Assembly (NCBI RefSeq): GCF_964204645.1
Contig: NC_134025.1
Span: forward strand, 26,454,299 to 26,518,298
Direction: 5' to 3'
DNA: 64,000 nucleotides
DNA from: Tubulanus polymorphus
Taxonomy: Eukaryota; Animalia; Nemertea
Shown: in pieces, positions 40,529-52,454 of the stretch
Position numbering within the stretch: position 1 is the stretch's first letter
Layout of the letters: each line of letters starts with the position of its first letter
The notes under the pieces: generated by a model
The model's database searches: none
Seen by the model: the letters and a program-made list of their open reading frames with translations, nothing else
Told to the model about the DNA's origin: nothing
Translations under genes and position numbers: made by a program

Positions 40529-42157
40529 TTAAGACATTAAGGAATATAGGAATGGGTGTCGAGATGCTGATCACCTGATCACCATGAGCAGCCGATACAC
40601 TGCGGTGACCCAGTGGGTAATTCTGAATGCACAACATTTCAGTATTTCGGCGAAATGTCTTGAATTCGTTGCGTATATAACGGCTGGTAAGAATCAGAAT
40701 GAAAAGTAAAAACGTTTCACCAGCCGCAGGCTATCATTAATTCACATATCCAGCTGAATATTGATATTTCTGACGTCTTGTTTGATGCACGACGCAATTC
40801 TACGAATGATCAGATATATGTATATATATTTTCCTACGAAAACCAACTCATTTGAATAATTGCTACGCCTTGTAATGAATCTATATGTGTATTATGTCTA
40901 CATCCATTTGGCCATGTGATTTTTCCATTAAAACCTTAATTCAGAATTCTAAATGCGGTGACAAATCATCATTCTATATCTTATTTCGAAAGGACTGTAA
41001 TCAAATCCATGTCAGAACCAGATTACCGTAAGTTTTTTCGTTTATCCTCTTAATTGTATCTACCGGCGACTTACCATAAAAAACTTGGCATTTTTAAGTT
41101 TTAAACAGAATCTGCCTCTTTCAACAGGGTTCGACTCTCTTGATGTTGCCAGCATCTCGTTTAGAGCACTTCAATTTAAATTTACATGTTCTAGCGGCGC
41201 GAAAGTTTGAAGTAAAGCCTTTTGCTTTTAGCCTCGAGTCTTAATAATCGCAAAATTACCTGTCGCCGCGTCGTAATTGTTTCAGAAAAACGAAGGTGAT
41301 ATTGAAAAACCGCCGTATCCCTGATTCAATTACCGAACGCGGTAAGTTTGAGAGTAGCTCTGAGGTTGTAATCATGATACGGAATCCGATTAAATAACTT
41401 TACCTCGAGCGTGGTAAAAGCTTCTTTGATACAAGGAATGTTCGCCAGTGACATAATAAGAACGCAGATGGGAATTCCTGTCGTCTGTTTGCCAATGATT
41501 ATTAAAGCTCAATGTGTCTAGAATCGTACGCAGAGATGCAGGTTTCCGATCACGCGGGATCATGATTATGTTTCATATGCTTCACAATATTCCCCCCACG
41601 ATACGAGAATTCCCAATGATTTTCGAGCTTTTAGAGTCGCTTTCACCTTTTTTCTTTTGGAATGTCTCAGTAGACAACATTCCTACTGTATAGCTTCAAA
41701 TTCGGTCGATTTATTGTGCACTAAAGAACAAAAAAGAATATAAACACCAGTGCAAATATCACTCTTTAGATACTATTTATTATTTCAAATCAGACTTTCT
41801 GTTTTTCTTTGTAATAAACCTGTTCATTTAACAATGATTTGTGTTGATAATTTTTCGAAGTGTCCGTGATTTTACCATATAGATAGACAGTTAATATCAG
41901 GCAAAAATTCTGTAAACTATCATACAGATGAACATTATGAAGTTCAAATAAAAAACCGTTTCTTATTGATTTGGAATGATTAGATGGATGAATGATAAAA
42001 GAGGAACAATAATCATCTGAAAAAATATATCGAAACTTTTTACATTTTTTTCATATTTCTCCAGCTTAGATGCACTTATCAATGGGGAAAGCGAAAGTAT
42101 TTATTGCGTTCGGTGTTTACTCTCGTTCATCAATTCCATAACGGATTTAGTGTGTAA

Positions 42158-42832
42158 CTAATCCAGTTTTGGACGATTTGATCTATTGTTATTTACAACC
42201 TGAGATGTGTTATTCGCCAGGACAGACGACGGCGAAGGGCAAACTTCGCTGTTGGAAGTTTCTCGGTGTTGCAGTATTAACTGCGCAATTCCGTTCATCG
42301 ACGATTGAACTAAAATACACAAAGCACTGAACAATTCCTTTAACTTGTGTTTGAAGAAACTCAGCAGCGAGTTCAGTTGGTAAATAATCCAAGATTGCCA
42401 CATCATCTGTTTGTGGATTTCGGAGCACATTTGTTCAGCGAGAAACGTAGCCGTCTTCACGTCTGTCGACAAATCCACGGCCAAATCTCCGTCGTTCGTT
42501 TTTATGAATAAATTTCCCCCAAATAGAAGCAGAAAACTGGCGACGAGAATGAAACCACAACCCGCGGCTGCATGTAATGGCGTTACTCCGTGTATATCCT
42601 GCATATTAACATCGGCACCGTAGCAAAGAAGGATTTTTACAGCGTCCAAATTGTTTGCTAGAACACCTTGATGTAGCGCAGTTAATCCTACGTGATTTTT
42701 CTGATTGATGTTTATATCCGTACCTGACTCTAAAATCCTCAGCAGCTCCATTATATCCCCTTCCTGTACAACTGCATGTAGCACAGCGTCAGCAGGGAAA
42801 CTTATCCGCCTTTTTAGTTGAGATGTCGACAT
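42158..42832 (-). CDS. PP1 regulatory subunit with RVxF motif and ankyrin repeats (PPP1R27/MYPT/PPP1R16-like), 224 aa
   Basis: KRRISFPADAVL (RVxF-type motif directly before the ankyrin repeats, as in MYPT/PPP1R27), GLTALHQGVLANNLDAVKILLCYGADVN, GVTPLHAAAGCG, NDGDLAVDL. The ATG sits directly after an acceptor (tttttagcatttAG|ATG), so an upstream exon is likely. Confidence 0.9.
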   Translation of the reverse strand: MSTSQLKRRISFPADAVLHAVVQEGDIMELLRILESGTDININQKNHVGLTALHQGVLANNLDAVKILLCYGADVNMQDIHGVTPLHAAAGCGFILVASFLLLFGGNLFIKTNDGDLAVDLSTDVKTATFLAEQMCSEIHKQMMWQSWIIYQLNSLLSFFKHKLKELFSALCILVQSSMNGIAQLILQHRETSNSEVCPSPSSVLANNTSQVVNNNRSNRPKLD

Positions 42833-45800
42833 CTAAATGCTAAAAATATAGAGAAATGCAACGTATGAATTAATCCCGGTATTTTCAGATTCATTTTATT
42901 TCAACCAATATTTTGATTTACTTCAGTTTTAAAATGCTTTTCATTTTACCTATTTCTATGCTCGCATTTAAAAAAAAGATACACACGGATACACCTGTTG
43001 TAAAACAAGCGATCTGAAGAACGTTGAACATTTCCATACTGAATAACAATTGTTTATCGGTTATGCAATGAGTTTAGATTTTTTTAAATTTCAGCATGCA
43101 TTATCAACTTGAGATGGCTCTTAATCTACATAATAGTATATCATATATACGTTAGTCGTTAGTCTGGAAGCACGTCTGAATGTGGCGGACAACGATACAA
43201 CACGATAATGATTCGATGTGCGAAAGTGCGCCATTTCTGCTTAGCATCACGTAAAAAAATCCTCGAACAAATCATGCTAGTTAGCTTGCTGTTTGTGTAT
43301 AGATAACTTGTCGACATCGAGACGCATGCTGTGCTGGGATCTCTTCAATTAATTCTCTCGGCGTCTTCAATTTTATCATCGGAAACAAAACTTAAGAGAC
43401 GCGGCAATACCTCGTGATTATATGTAAAAAGCAAACACGATTTGAACCACACTCGATTTTCCACCTGAATTACTATGTAAAGACTAAACCAAATAAACCG
43501 TGCGCTCAAGGTATGTGGATAACTCTCATTAGCGCTTGTAGAGATCCGTGACAGTACCGATAAGTTAACATAGCCGGAAGCTGCAATAAAGTCACCCCAC
43601 TGCTCGCCTGTCAACCAGTCATTATATTAATTAATATATCGTAATCAAATAAAGAACGGGTAGAATGTAATCCACCGCTCTTACCGTTTGCGATACCTGT
43701 AGCGTTGAGCACGCGCTCTTGTAGTCGATAGAGCGATCGTTTATAAATAATTTAACTCATTTCGTCGCAATGAGATTTATTGCTTATTTTCAACGTTTTC
43801 GCCAATTCGATTTATTTTCACGTTAAGGCCATTTCTTCCGGTGACGCTGTAAAAATGTTTGATCGGAATTGGTATTGAAATTGCCATTAAATCCATTTTC
43901 AATAGCGTAGAATATTTTTCATTTTCCATGGCACATTTTCTATATGAAAGGTTGGAAAAAACGTTATTTTCAGACGCGTATTCTACGATTCTGTTTGTGG
44001 AAACTAGATTTAGATGTCTTAATGATAAGAAAAGTTGAGTTGAGGAACGGAGGCCACAGGTTCTATAATTATCCATGTAACGTATAAGAGACAGGGCTTA
44101 ACAGGTTTGATGATTCTATTCTAACTTATGAGAAAACAAACGATCGAAATACAATATTCCGTGATTTATCCATCGGAAATAATGAAAAGCCACACAAGTT
44201 ATGAGTGTATTTTACAACCATTGTCGAGACTATAACGTGGAGGTATACGTTGTTGCCATAACGACATGCGAATATTTTTTGTGATAAGACCATTTCGTCC
44301 GGCTTTTTCTGCTCAAGTTTAAAAACAATTTTCTCTGTTCAAACAAGATATAGATTTAAAGCTATACCACAATGATATAGATTGATAGCAGACCACATAC
44401 TGTCGTGCTAAGGTTGACAGTGCGTGCTCATGATGTGAATGCGAAATTCGCATGTTATGTTCGAGGACACCGTCAGAGACAGGGACGCTACGTGCTACCG
44501 AATTAACCTGAAATATTAATCAACGAAGCCATAAAAAATCATTTTCCTTCTATGTAACAGCGTTTCCGAAAATGATAAGGTGCTTTATGCGTTATTTATT
44601 GCAATATATTCGAAAAATTAATGCAACGGAGTTCTAGTCGATTCAGATTAGACAGTGTCTCGTAGGCTTATTACTTCCTAAAAGATGTTTACAGGATTTC
44701 CGTATGACGTCGCGAATTGTCTTTTCATCAAACGGTTATTAACATCCGGTATGTAATGGAAAAGAATCGCTGTTCCCTTTTAGAGCTGTCTATCGTCGTA
44801 GTAACGAGTAATCTTCTGAATTGTCTAGCAGTAGGCCACCTATATCCATTATATCCATTAACTTTTGATGGTAGCACATCGCTTCCACATTATATTCTGC
44901 ATTACTTTAACCGTAATGTTTACCTGACATGCCCAGCAGATTTTGTGCCATTTTTGTGAAAGTATATATAACCTATTCTGTCGTGATTAAACTATGCGGA
45001 TCGGTCTCATCATCGAATCAACCACATGTAATTTCTGCTAAACGGTAGAATATATTCATTACAAAATCAGGCCCATATTTAGAGGGTCCGACTCCCCTCC
45101 CGCTCATTGACGAAGTTCCACCCAGATGCAGGCATTAAGAAAATTTGAGCATCAATTTCAAAAGATTCACTCAAATTTTCTGCGTGAGTACTCAGGACCC
45201 GACATTTTGCGTGGGTTACCTTACAAAAAGTTCCACTTTCAAGTAAAAAGTCCCCCAAGACGTGGCTGACCATGGCCCCTGAAGATGATACGGAACTGCG
45301 AGGACTCACCGCTGAAACTTGAAACAACATTCCATTCCTGTACGTGGGTACTTGCTTCATATATATTCTCAATACGTAATAGCATAATATGTAATACGGT
45401 TAATCATCAAGGCGCTATTATTATATTCTAGTGCTATGAATTCATTAAATCGAATACTGCGCAATAACCCGATGTTAACCTTTAAATGAGGTTGTAAGAA
45501 AAAAATTAGATTGCATCCCTGGGAATTCTAAAATTCATGGATGTGAAAAAGAAGCATTATACAAATAGGGCACATCAAATTGGATTTGTTTCGAGTGTCA
45601 GATGCTGATACCGTCAACTCTCCCAGATCACTTTCTCCCCAGAATAATCATTCTGTAAATCTCTACAATTGAGATGTTTTCAAAATAAACGGAATCGACA
45701 CAAACCAACGTAAACATTGATATCTTTATATTGATATTTTGCGCGTAGAAATTATTTATTAGGTTATGCGAAGGAAAAAGAAGCCTTTGTGTCGCGGAGC

Positions 45801-48667
45801 GAAACGAAATATGATTTTCAGTCCGCCTTTGATGTGCGCTCTGATTCTGGTAAGTAATGGTTCACCGCGGAAATGCTATGAACTGTCAGCTTATGGTCAA
45901 CTTCAGAACCGACTAATGAGCCTTTTATTACTCAGATTCTTGATACGAATATGACATGTATCCACAGGCCGTATGGTGATATACCTTTTTGCTGTCATAA
46001 CCGTGATTTCGATACGTAACGAGTGAATGTGATAACACCTGATAACTATAGGCGAGGTTCAGGCATATATTATCATCATATCTTAAATAAATAATAAAAA
46101 TCAAATCAACTCAGCAATTAAAAGATTTGTGAATAGAGCGGTGTTTTATGTGATTAAGTTTATAGCTGTGATCGCTTTTTGAGCAGCGAAGAAAAGACGC
46201 ACGGTGATGGCTTAAAGGGATGTATATGCGATTTATTCATTTTTTTGTTCGTTGAGAGGATGATTATATTCGAATGACATTTCTCTTCGTTTGAAGTCAC
46301 TGTGGGATTTATCAATTTTGTCGTCGTTTTGTCACTTATATGAATTACGAAACGCGACACTCGTCGCGATGGAAAAATACTGATGTATAATCTTGGATGT
46401 GTCATTCTGGAAAACTGGCGTCATCTATAATCAGTCGAATAATCGAAACGAAAGAAACGCGCATAGCCCTTCTTTATATTAATCGTTTTAGATTCGATGG
46501 TTAAATATGATCAATATATTTTTTAGACAAATATTCACGTTTGCGAAATCAATACCCTTAATTTATTCACTTGGATATAATATGTTGGCTTTTCTCCTGG
46601 CATGGCTTCGCGATGGATCTGATTTGCTTGCGATCTCATTACATTCAATTCCGACCGATGGATTTCAAAATAAATATAATCTAGCGATTAATTTTCAGAA
46701 AATGATTAAAAATTGAATTAAGCGTTGTTTAATCATGAAGATGATATTGTGCTAAGCAGCCTGAAGACAGGTCGGTTTGCACCATAACCTTAACAACGAC
46801 AAACTCTATCTAGAGAAATAAACCTACGAATTTTCAACGATCTATGTGTTCGTCTGTACGTATGAGAATTCAATCAAATGTATATGCATAAAGAGAACTT
46901 TTTAGCTCCGAAACATGAATGAAATGCAGTGATATGGGCTTTGTGTCACTACCATGCTTTTTAATATTGGTTTAACGCGTAATTCCCTTTTCAGTGCTAT
47001 GTGTATTATGAATCGCTCTGAACTCTGCTCGAGATGCAATTTATCATGATCACTTCTATATCTATTGATTCCTATGAACTGAAGTCCGTGAAGTTAAAAA
47101 AACTGATATATCGTATCGTAGGCTCTTCGGTATTTTTCAACGCTCATGTAAAAACTTCATATACAATGCACAACAAAACATATGAGAATATCGTGATTCT
47201 GTATAAGTGAATAGAATGCGAAAAAGATGAAAATGCTCTTGTTTCAATGAAGTGGCCAAGCACTAAAAGCGTATGTCGAAACCATTGTATTTAGACATTA
47301 GAAAGGCTTTCCTTACAATGTAAGGATGTTTACCATCTTTGACACCACGATGATGAGACAAGGAGAAGGTAGAAAGTGAGAACTGTTGAAATGAGATGTT
47401 TGGTACGTACAAGATGACACTGCACAGCCTTTCGACTTGTCGGTTGGCTCTACTTTTGTCTAAGAATTCCCTTAAACTGAAGAACAATTTGCGCTTCAAT
47501 CGTATTTCGTAATTCAAACTCACAATAGTTGCTAATAAATCCTATAAATTTGATAACTTTGAGTCATATAAAATGCAATGCTTGAGTGCGGTAAAGACTG
47601 TGGAATGAGTTAGGTGTTATTTGGTATAAGACCAGTATCACGCGCTACCCGTATTGGGTATCGGGTATACTGCACGCTGAGTTCTATCAGCGGATGGTTT
47701 CCGAGGTGCAGACAGCAATTCGGGATAGAAGATAAGTATTTACACGACGAAATGAATTAAAGCTCGATTTCACGCAGAATCCAAAGTCATTCTCTCGCTT
47801 TACCGCCTCTAAAATGCAAAAAAAAAATTCGCAGCAACTCGCGAAGCTTGAAGCATTTTTGAACGCCAAACACTTTCACAAACGAAGATTGATTACCACT
47901 CTGCAGTGGTTAAACTCGTCGGGCATTTTGCAACATCTGAACGTTTCATTTAGTGCAATAGATTTATTGGCCGTTGAAAAAGGTTCGTTTCAGCATTTTA
48001 CTTTTACAAACGTAGTATTGTGTGCATGGAATCTCTACAATGAATTACAAAATCCAATGAAACGGATATAATATTTCACTGATGGATCATTTCAAATTAA
48101 TACCTTAGAATAATCCGACTGCGGTACTAATTGTCATTTCTGTAATGCCTCCTTTACATTCGTATTTGAATTCTTAATATAATTGACCTTAAGTATTTAA
48201 TCGGAATCCTGCTGTTTTGCCACATATCCTTTGATTCTCTGCCGACTCGAAAACAAGATACGCATACACAGTCTAGAGTTTCATTAACATATCTTTTATT
48301 ATTTAACGTACGTTCGTATTCACCAGATAAAGTAGTTTACTTGAAAAGCCTGGAAGAACGGAAGCCTGATATGAATGTCATATATCAAGAGGAATCCGAG
48401 TGAAATGAAACTTACTTGATAGAAACATCACGTAAATGTATTGGCCAATATGCACAGCTTATAGATATAATTATTTTGAGATTTTTCTCAGCGGGATGGT
48501 TTCGGTTACTGTCTATGTAACGTAATTCAACACATCCTCTGAGGTTCTAAGTACATCTTTTACGGTGATCGGCTTAAAGATAATCCTGTGTCAGTTCTGC
48601 CAGATCCAGTCGGGTAAACTGAAGTAGATAAGTGCACGAAGAAAAAAACTAACAACGACACACTTAC

Positions 48668-49030
48668 CTTTTAACAATAACATGCACCATCGACCATCAG
48701 TCCTGAAATATCCTTGTTATAGACGATCAATGATGCATCGCTCAGCACAATCTCGGACCTGGGTTCGCGAACAGTTTCAGATCCTCGCGTTCAATACCAG
48801 CGACATCCATCAGCCGTGATCGCGTTCGAAATCAAATAACTTCTGGCGCGTAAAGCATCAGTGACAATCATCCCGAAACTAGTGAGTACTATACTAACAG
48901 CGCGTATATCTAACGAATGCCAGGACGTGATTGCGCTCCTTTAGAAATATCGTCTGCATCGCGAGACGAAAGTCTGCACCAATCACAAACAGCAAATTCT
49001 CCGGCTCAACACTGTTATAAATTCACGTGC
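48668..49030 (-). promoter_or_regulatory. Possible promoter and non-coding first exon on the minus strand (perhaps of the PPP1R27-like gene)
   Basis: Consensus donor AAAAG|GTAAGT on the minus strand (intron begins 48667); CpG-richer segment with CCAAT (48979), TTATAA (49015) and CACGTG (49024). The link to the acceptor at 42833 is inferred only. Confidence 0.3.
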
Positions 49031-49207
49031 CATTTGATGCGTATTAAATTCCCGGTTTTAATAGGATGAAAAGAAATCTCGTAAAAACGAAATAATCAGG
49101 CAACGTCTGGTTTCCACGAAAGACGTATCATTTTTTAATCACAGAATTCTAAATACCATTAGATTCATGTTTAAAAGATCAAATGTATACAACGTACTAG
49201 AGAAATC

Positions 49208-49397
49208 TTAATCCAGGAGCCAGGTGCAGGGAAACCCTGTTAGTGCTAACCATGTGGTTAGGTGAATGGGCTCAGGAAAACGCTGTTAGCTAACCACGAT
49301 TTCGTGCGGCCTACTATTCTAAGCCGGTTAGTCTAACCACGGTTATTAGCAACTGCGGTTAGGCTAACAGGGTTTTCCTGGGTCCACCCCTGGTTAA
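49208..49397. mobile_element. MITE-like foldback element, about 190 bp
   Basis: Left arm CAGGGAAACCCTGTTAGTGCTAACC pairs with right arm GGTTAGGCTAACAGGGTTTTCCTG. Internal repeats of GTTAG..CTAAC; TTAA at both flanks. Superfamily uncertain. Confidence 0.65.
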
Positions 49398-50195
49398 GTA
49401 GAAGCAGAGAGATAGTCATAGTTTGTGGTTACCCTTCATCTTTAGAAAATATAATATAGAATATTTACAATGAACTCATATTTTATGACGCGGTTTTATA
49501 GGTTATGATACTAATCATATGATTGTAGTTTGCCTTATTACTGTAACTGGCAATGTATATTGATGGGACCAGGGTTGAATAGTCGATTCAACCCTCCAGG
49601 TTTCAGTAAAAAGTGCTTAACGTCAGCCCCCAGTTAAGTGACAGTACACACCAACGTATAGTCGAGACTTAAGTAAATCCGTCGTTTTTTGCTAATGGCA
49701 ACTTTATCTATACTAGATCCATTATATTAGCACGATTACTGGAGGGGAATTCTAATAGTATACTGTTCCAGTATACTACTTAATGACAGAGTTGCACACG
49801 GGGTCGGAAATGGCTATTTTTTACTCACTTCATTCCATTACTTTTCAGTCGTTTTAGAAAACACCTCACCTTTGCCATAGTCTGACCAGATTACTGTGTG
49901 TATTTGGGAAATTACATAACTGTGTGGACTTGATGTGGTGATATTTGCATCAAAAATTTGACCGAATTGACTGATATAAGATATGAACATTGCTTGATCG
50001 ATGGAGGGAAAGCTTTGTTGACCTTACGTATTGTATTTACCAGTAATACAATGTCCCGGGAACATCTCGTGAGACATTTTCTTTGCGTATGGTCAGATCA
50101 TGTTCATTGGTCGTCACTAAAACTGGTCAAAACCCTGGATTTATGCAAATCCGTACAAACGAATAAACAAATGATAAGTAAATAATCTGGGGGTT

Positions 50196-52454
50196 CTATC
50201 GTTTTTTCATTTTGAAGCCCCCTTTCCGCTTTTTTATTCCACCAGATTTTTTCATTCCACCCATTTTTTTCTTCGTAGCAGGTGATTTCGATCTGGATCG
50301 ACTGCCAGCCTTTGATCTGGGTGATCTTGGGCTTTTAGTGCTTCTCGGTGACTTCGATTTCGATCTGGACTTTTTGTTGGGGGATTTCGATCTGGACTTC
50401 TTATCGGGGGATTTCGATCTGGACTTTTTATCACGGGATTTTGATTTTGATTTCTTATCAGGAGATTTTGATTGTTTATCTTTAGATTTAGAGTCTTTTT
50501 TGTTTTTTCTATCGGATGATTGTTCATGTTTTTCTTTACGCGATTTTCGTTCATCTTTGCCCTGTTTATTTTTCGATGATTTCTCTTTCTCTTTATTTTT
50601 CCGGTCATTTTTATCCTTGTCTTTACTTTCTTTTTCTTTGCCCTTTTCTTTTTCTTTCTTCTTTGATTTCTCTTCGGGTTGGAGCCCAGAACCCTGACCT
50701 TGACCCTCTTCTTGTCCAAAGCTTTCCATGTTTCCAGCTTCGCCAACATCGTCCCAGACTCCGTGACCTGAAAATTCAGATGTTCTTTTATTCCACAGCT
50801 TTCGGATACTACGAGACATTTCGTAACACGAATAAATCCGATGATAAACTAACGATGCCGATAAGCGTATCATGTCTAATTTATCATGATTTCGTCTGAG
50901 TTAATCGTCTTCTATATAATCAAATGGGTATTCGCCTGTTACATCTCAAACATATCAAAATATATAGTTCGACTTTCCGTGTAATGATAGCGCTATACGT
51001 GCTCTAATACGAACCTTCATCGACGTCATCGAAATTATTTCCTCCTCCGCCGGTTTCAGCGCCATCTTCTGCTAGTAACGGTTCATTATACTCGTCATCG
51101 TAATCTTGTAGAGTATTCATGGGCTGGTAGCTACAACATGGTAATCGCTCGAGCAACCAGCCAGGTGCTGAAGCACTCACGTTGCCTTTGTCAACAGCAT
51201 TTTTTATTGATGTACGGAGATATTGGGCTAAGATAATCATTATCAACTGAAACACGAACATATCGTACGCTCATTGCCGTTTACATATATATCCACAGTA
51301 AATCCTTTTCCATCATAATTATTCTAATCATGATACACGCAAATTCAAAGTGAATCTGATTAACGCCTATACAATAGTAATTTCAATTCATTCAATATGA
51401 AATTGAAATTTGACATTTAAAATTGAATTAGCAGTTTTAATTTGATTTGTTGTAATTGGTTATAATGATACTCACATTAAAAGCCCAGATAATTAAGACG
51501 AGAATGCCGCTGGGTTTCAAGATTATTTTCTCTAAGTGATTTCGAAGTGCGTCGGCGCATCCAGTTTTGTACAAAGTGACTGATGTATATTTCTTGCCGT
51601 GTAGAGATTTATTGCGAACGAAACGATCAACGCACGGTCGCATCGAACTCGGGTCACAACAACTGAACGGTACGTGGTCGAGAAAAACCTCGTCGTGTTT
51701 CATTTTACTACGTGATGAGAATAACAATATGCATTACGTTTGAAATAAGTGGAACACTTACTCCAGAGAAATATTTCCAGGAGAAAAGCATGTTCATGTA
51801 CTTCAACTTAATGAAAAACAAACGAGCGATATAATTTTCATTAAATATGATCTGAATTAATGATTTATGTTTTCCTGAGATTTACCTCTTTACGATTGCG
51901 TTTTCGATATTTATATCTACGCCATTGATCCAGCTTATCGCGTACCAGTCGCTATGTCCATTACTGCCACAACACTTGTATTTCATCTGCATATCATCGA
52001 TTGTCGTTTTGATGTCCATATCTTTTTTGTAAGAACCCAACGCACCTTTTAATCCACGAGTGAAGGCGTCATTTATGAAATATGTGTGCGTGAAACACAT
52101 GCAACCAGTTGTCAGGATTACCCAAGATATCAAGAATAAGATGATTTGATAAGCAAGAAGCACTATCACAAACTTTTTGCGAGTGCCAGGGTAAGCACAA
52201 TCGTTCCATATCTTTATACCACATGAAAATATGAGCACAAGTATGATCCCACTTGACATGAGCATTGATGGAACGACATCACCATTGTAATTGTCTAATA
52301 GTTGCATGCGTTTTTCTAATTTCACCTTCATATAAACGCCCAAAAGTACCATCACTGCCCCAGAGAGCACAGCAATTCCGGCCAAAGCAGCCAAGCTTTT
52401 TGCTAAACGATGCCTCCTGAGTTCCGTAAATGGGATAGCTAAAATTGCCGACAT
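50196..52454 (-). CDS. PRPH2: Peripherin-2/RDS/ROM1-family tetraspanin; long form about 534 aa with a basic tail, short form 347 aa ending at TAG 51004
   Basis: Exons (minus strand): 52454-51886, 51707-51476, 51246-51015 (or read-through to stop 51004), 50767-50196. Four hydrophobic segments, plus KTTIDDMQMKYKCCGSNGHSDWYAISWI, VPFSCCDPSSMRPC, TLYKTGC, LAQYLRTSI and GWLLER, all characteristic of PRPH2/ROM1. GCCATG start. Probably a co-orthologue of PRPH2 and ROM1. The exon 4 join is less certain (about 0.7). Confidence 0.93.
50356..50480. repeat. 27-bp coding tandem repeat (about 4.5 copies) encoding SRSKSP(D/N)KK-type units
   Basis: Units start at 50356, 50383, 50410, 50437 and 50464 (GATTTCGATCTGGACTTYTTRT..GGG and degenerate copies). 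Confidence 0.9.

Noticed and set aside
45079-45372. GC-richer patch with a 97-aa minus-strand ORF
   Set aside because: No recognisable motif or terminal repeats; possibly a decayed repeat fragment.
50212-50899. Plus-strand Phe/Leu/Asp-rich ORFs and the alternative minus-frame 165-aa ORF
   Set aside because: Antisense and shifted-frame shadows of the low-complexity Lys-rich exon.
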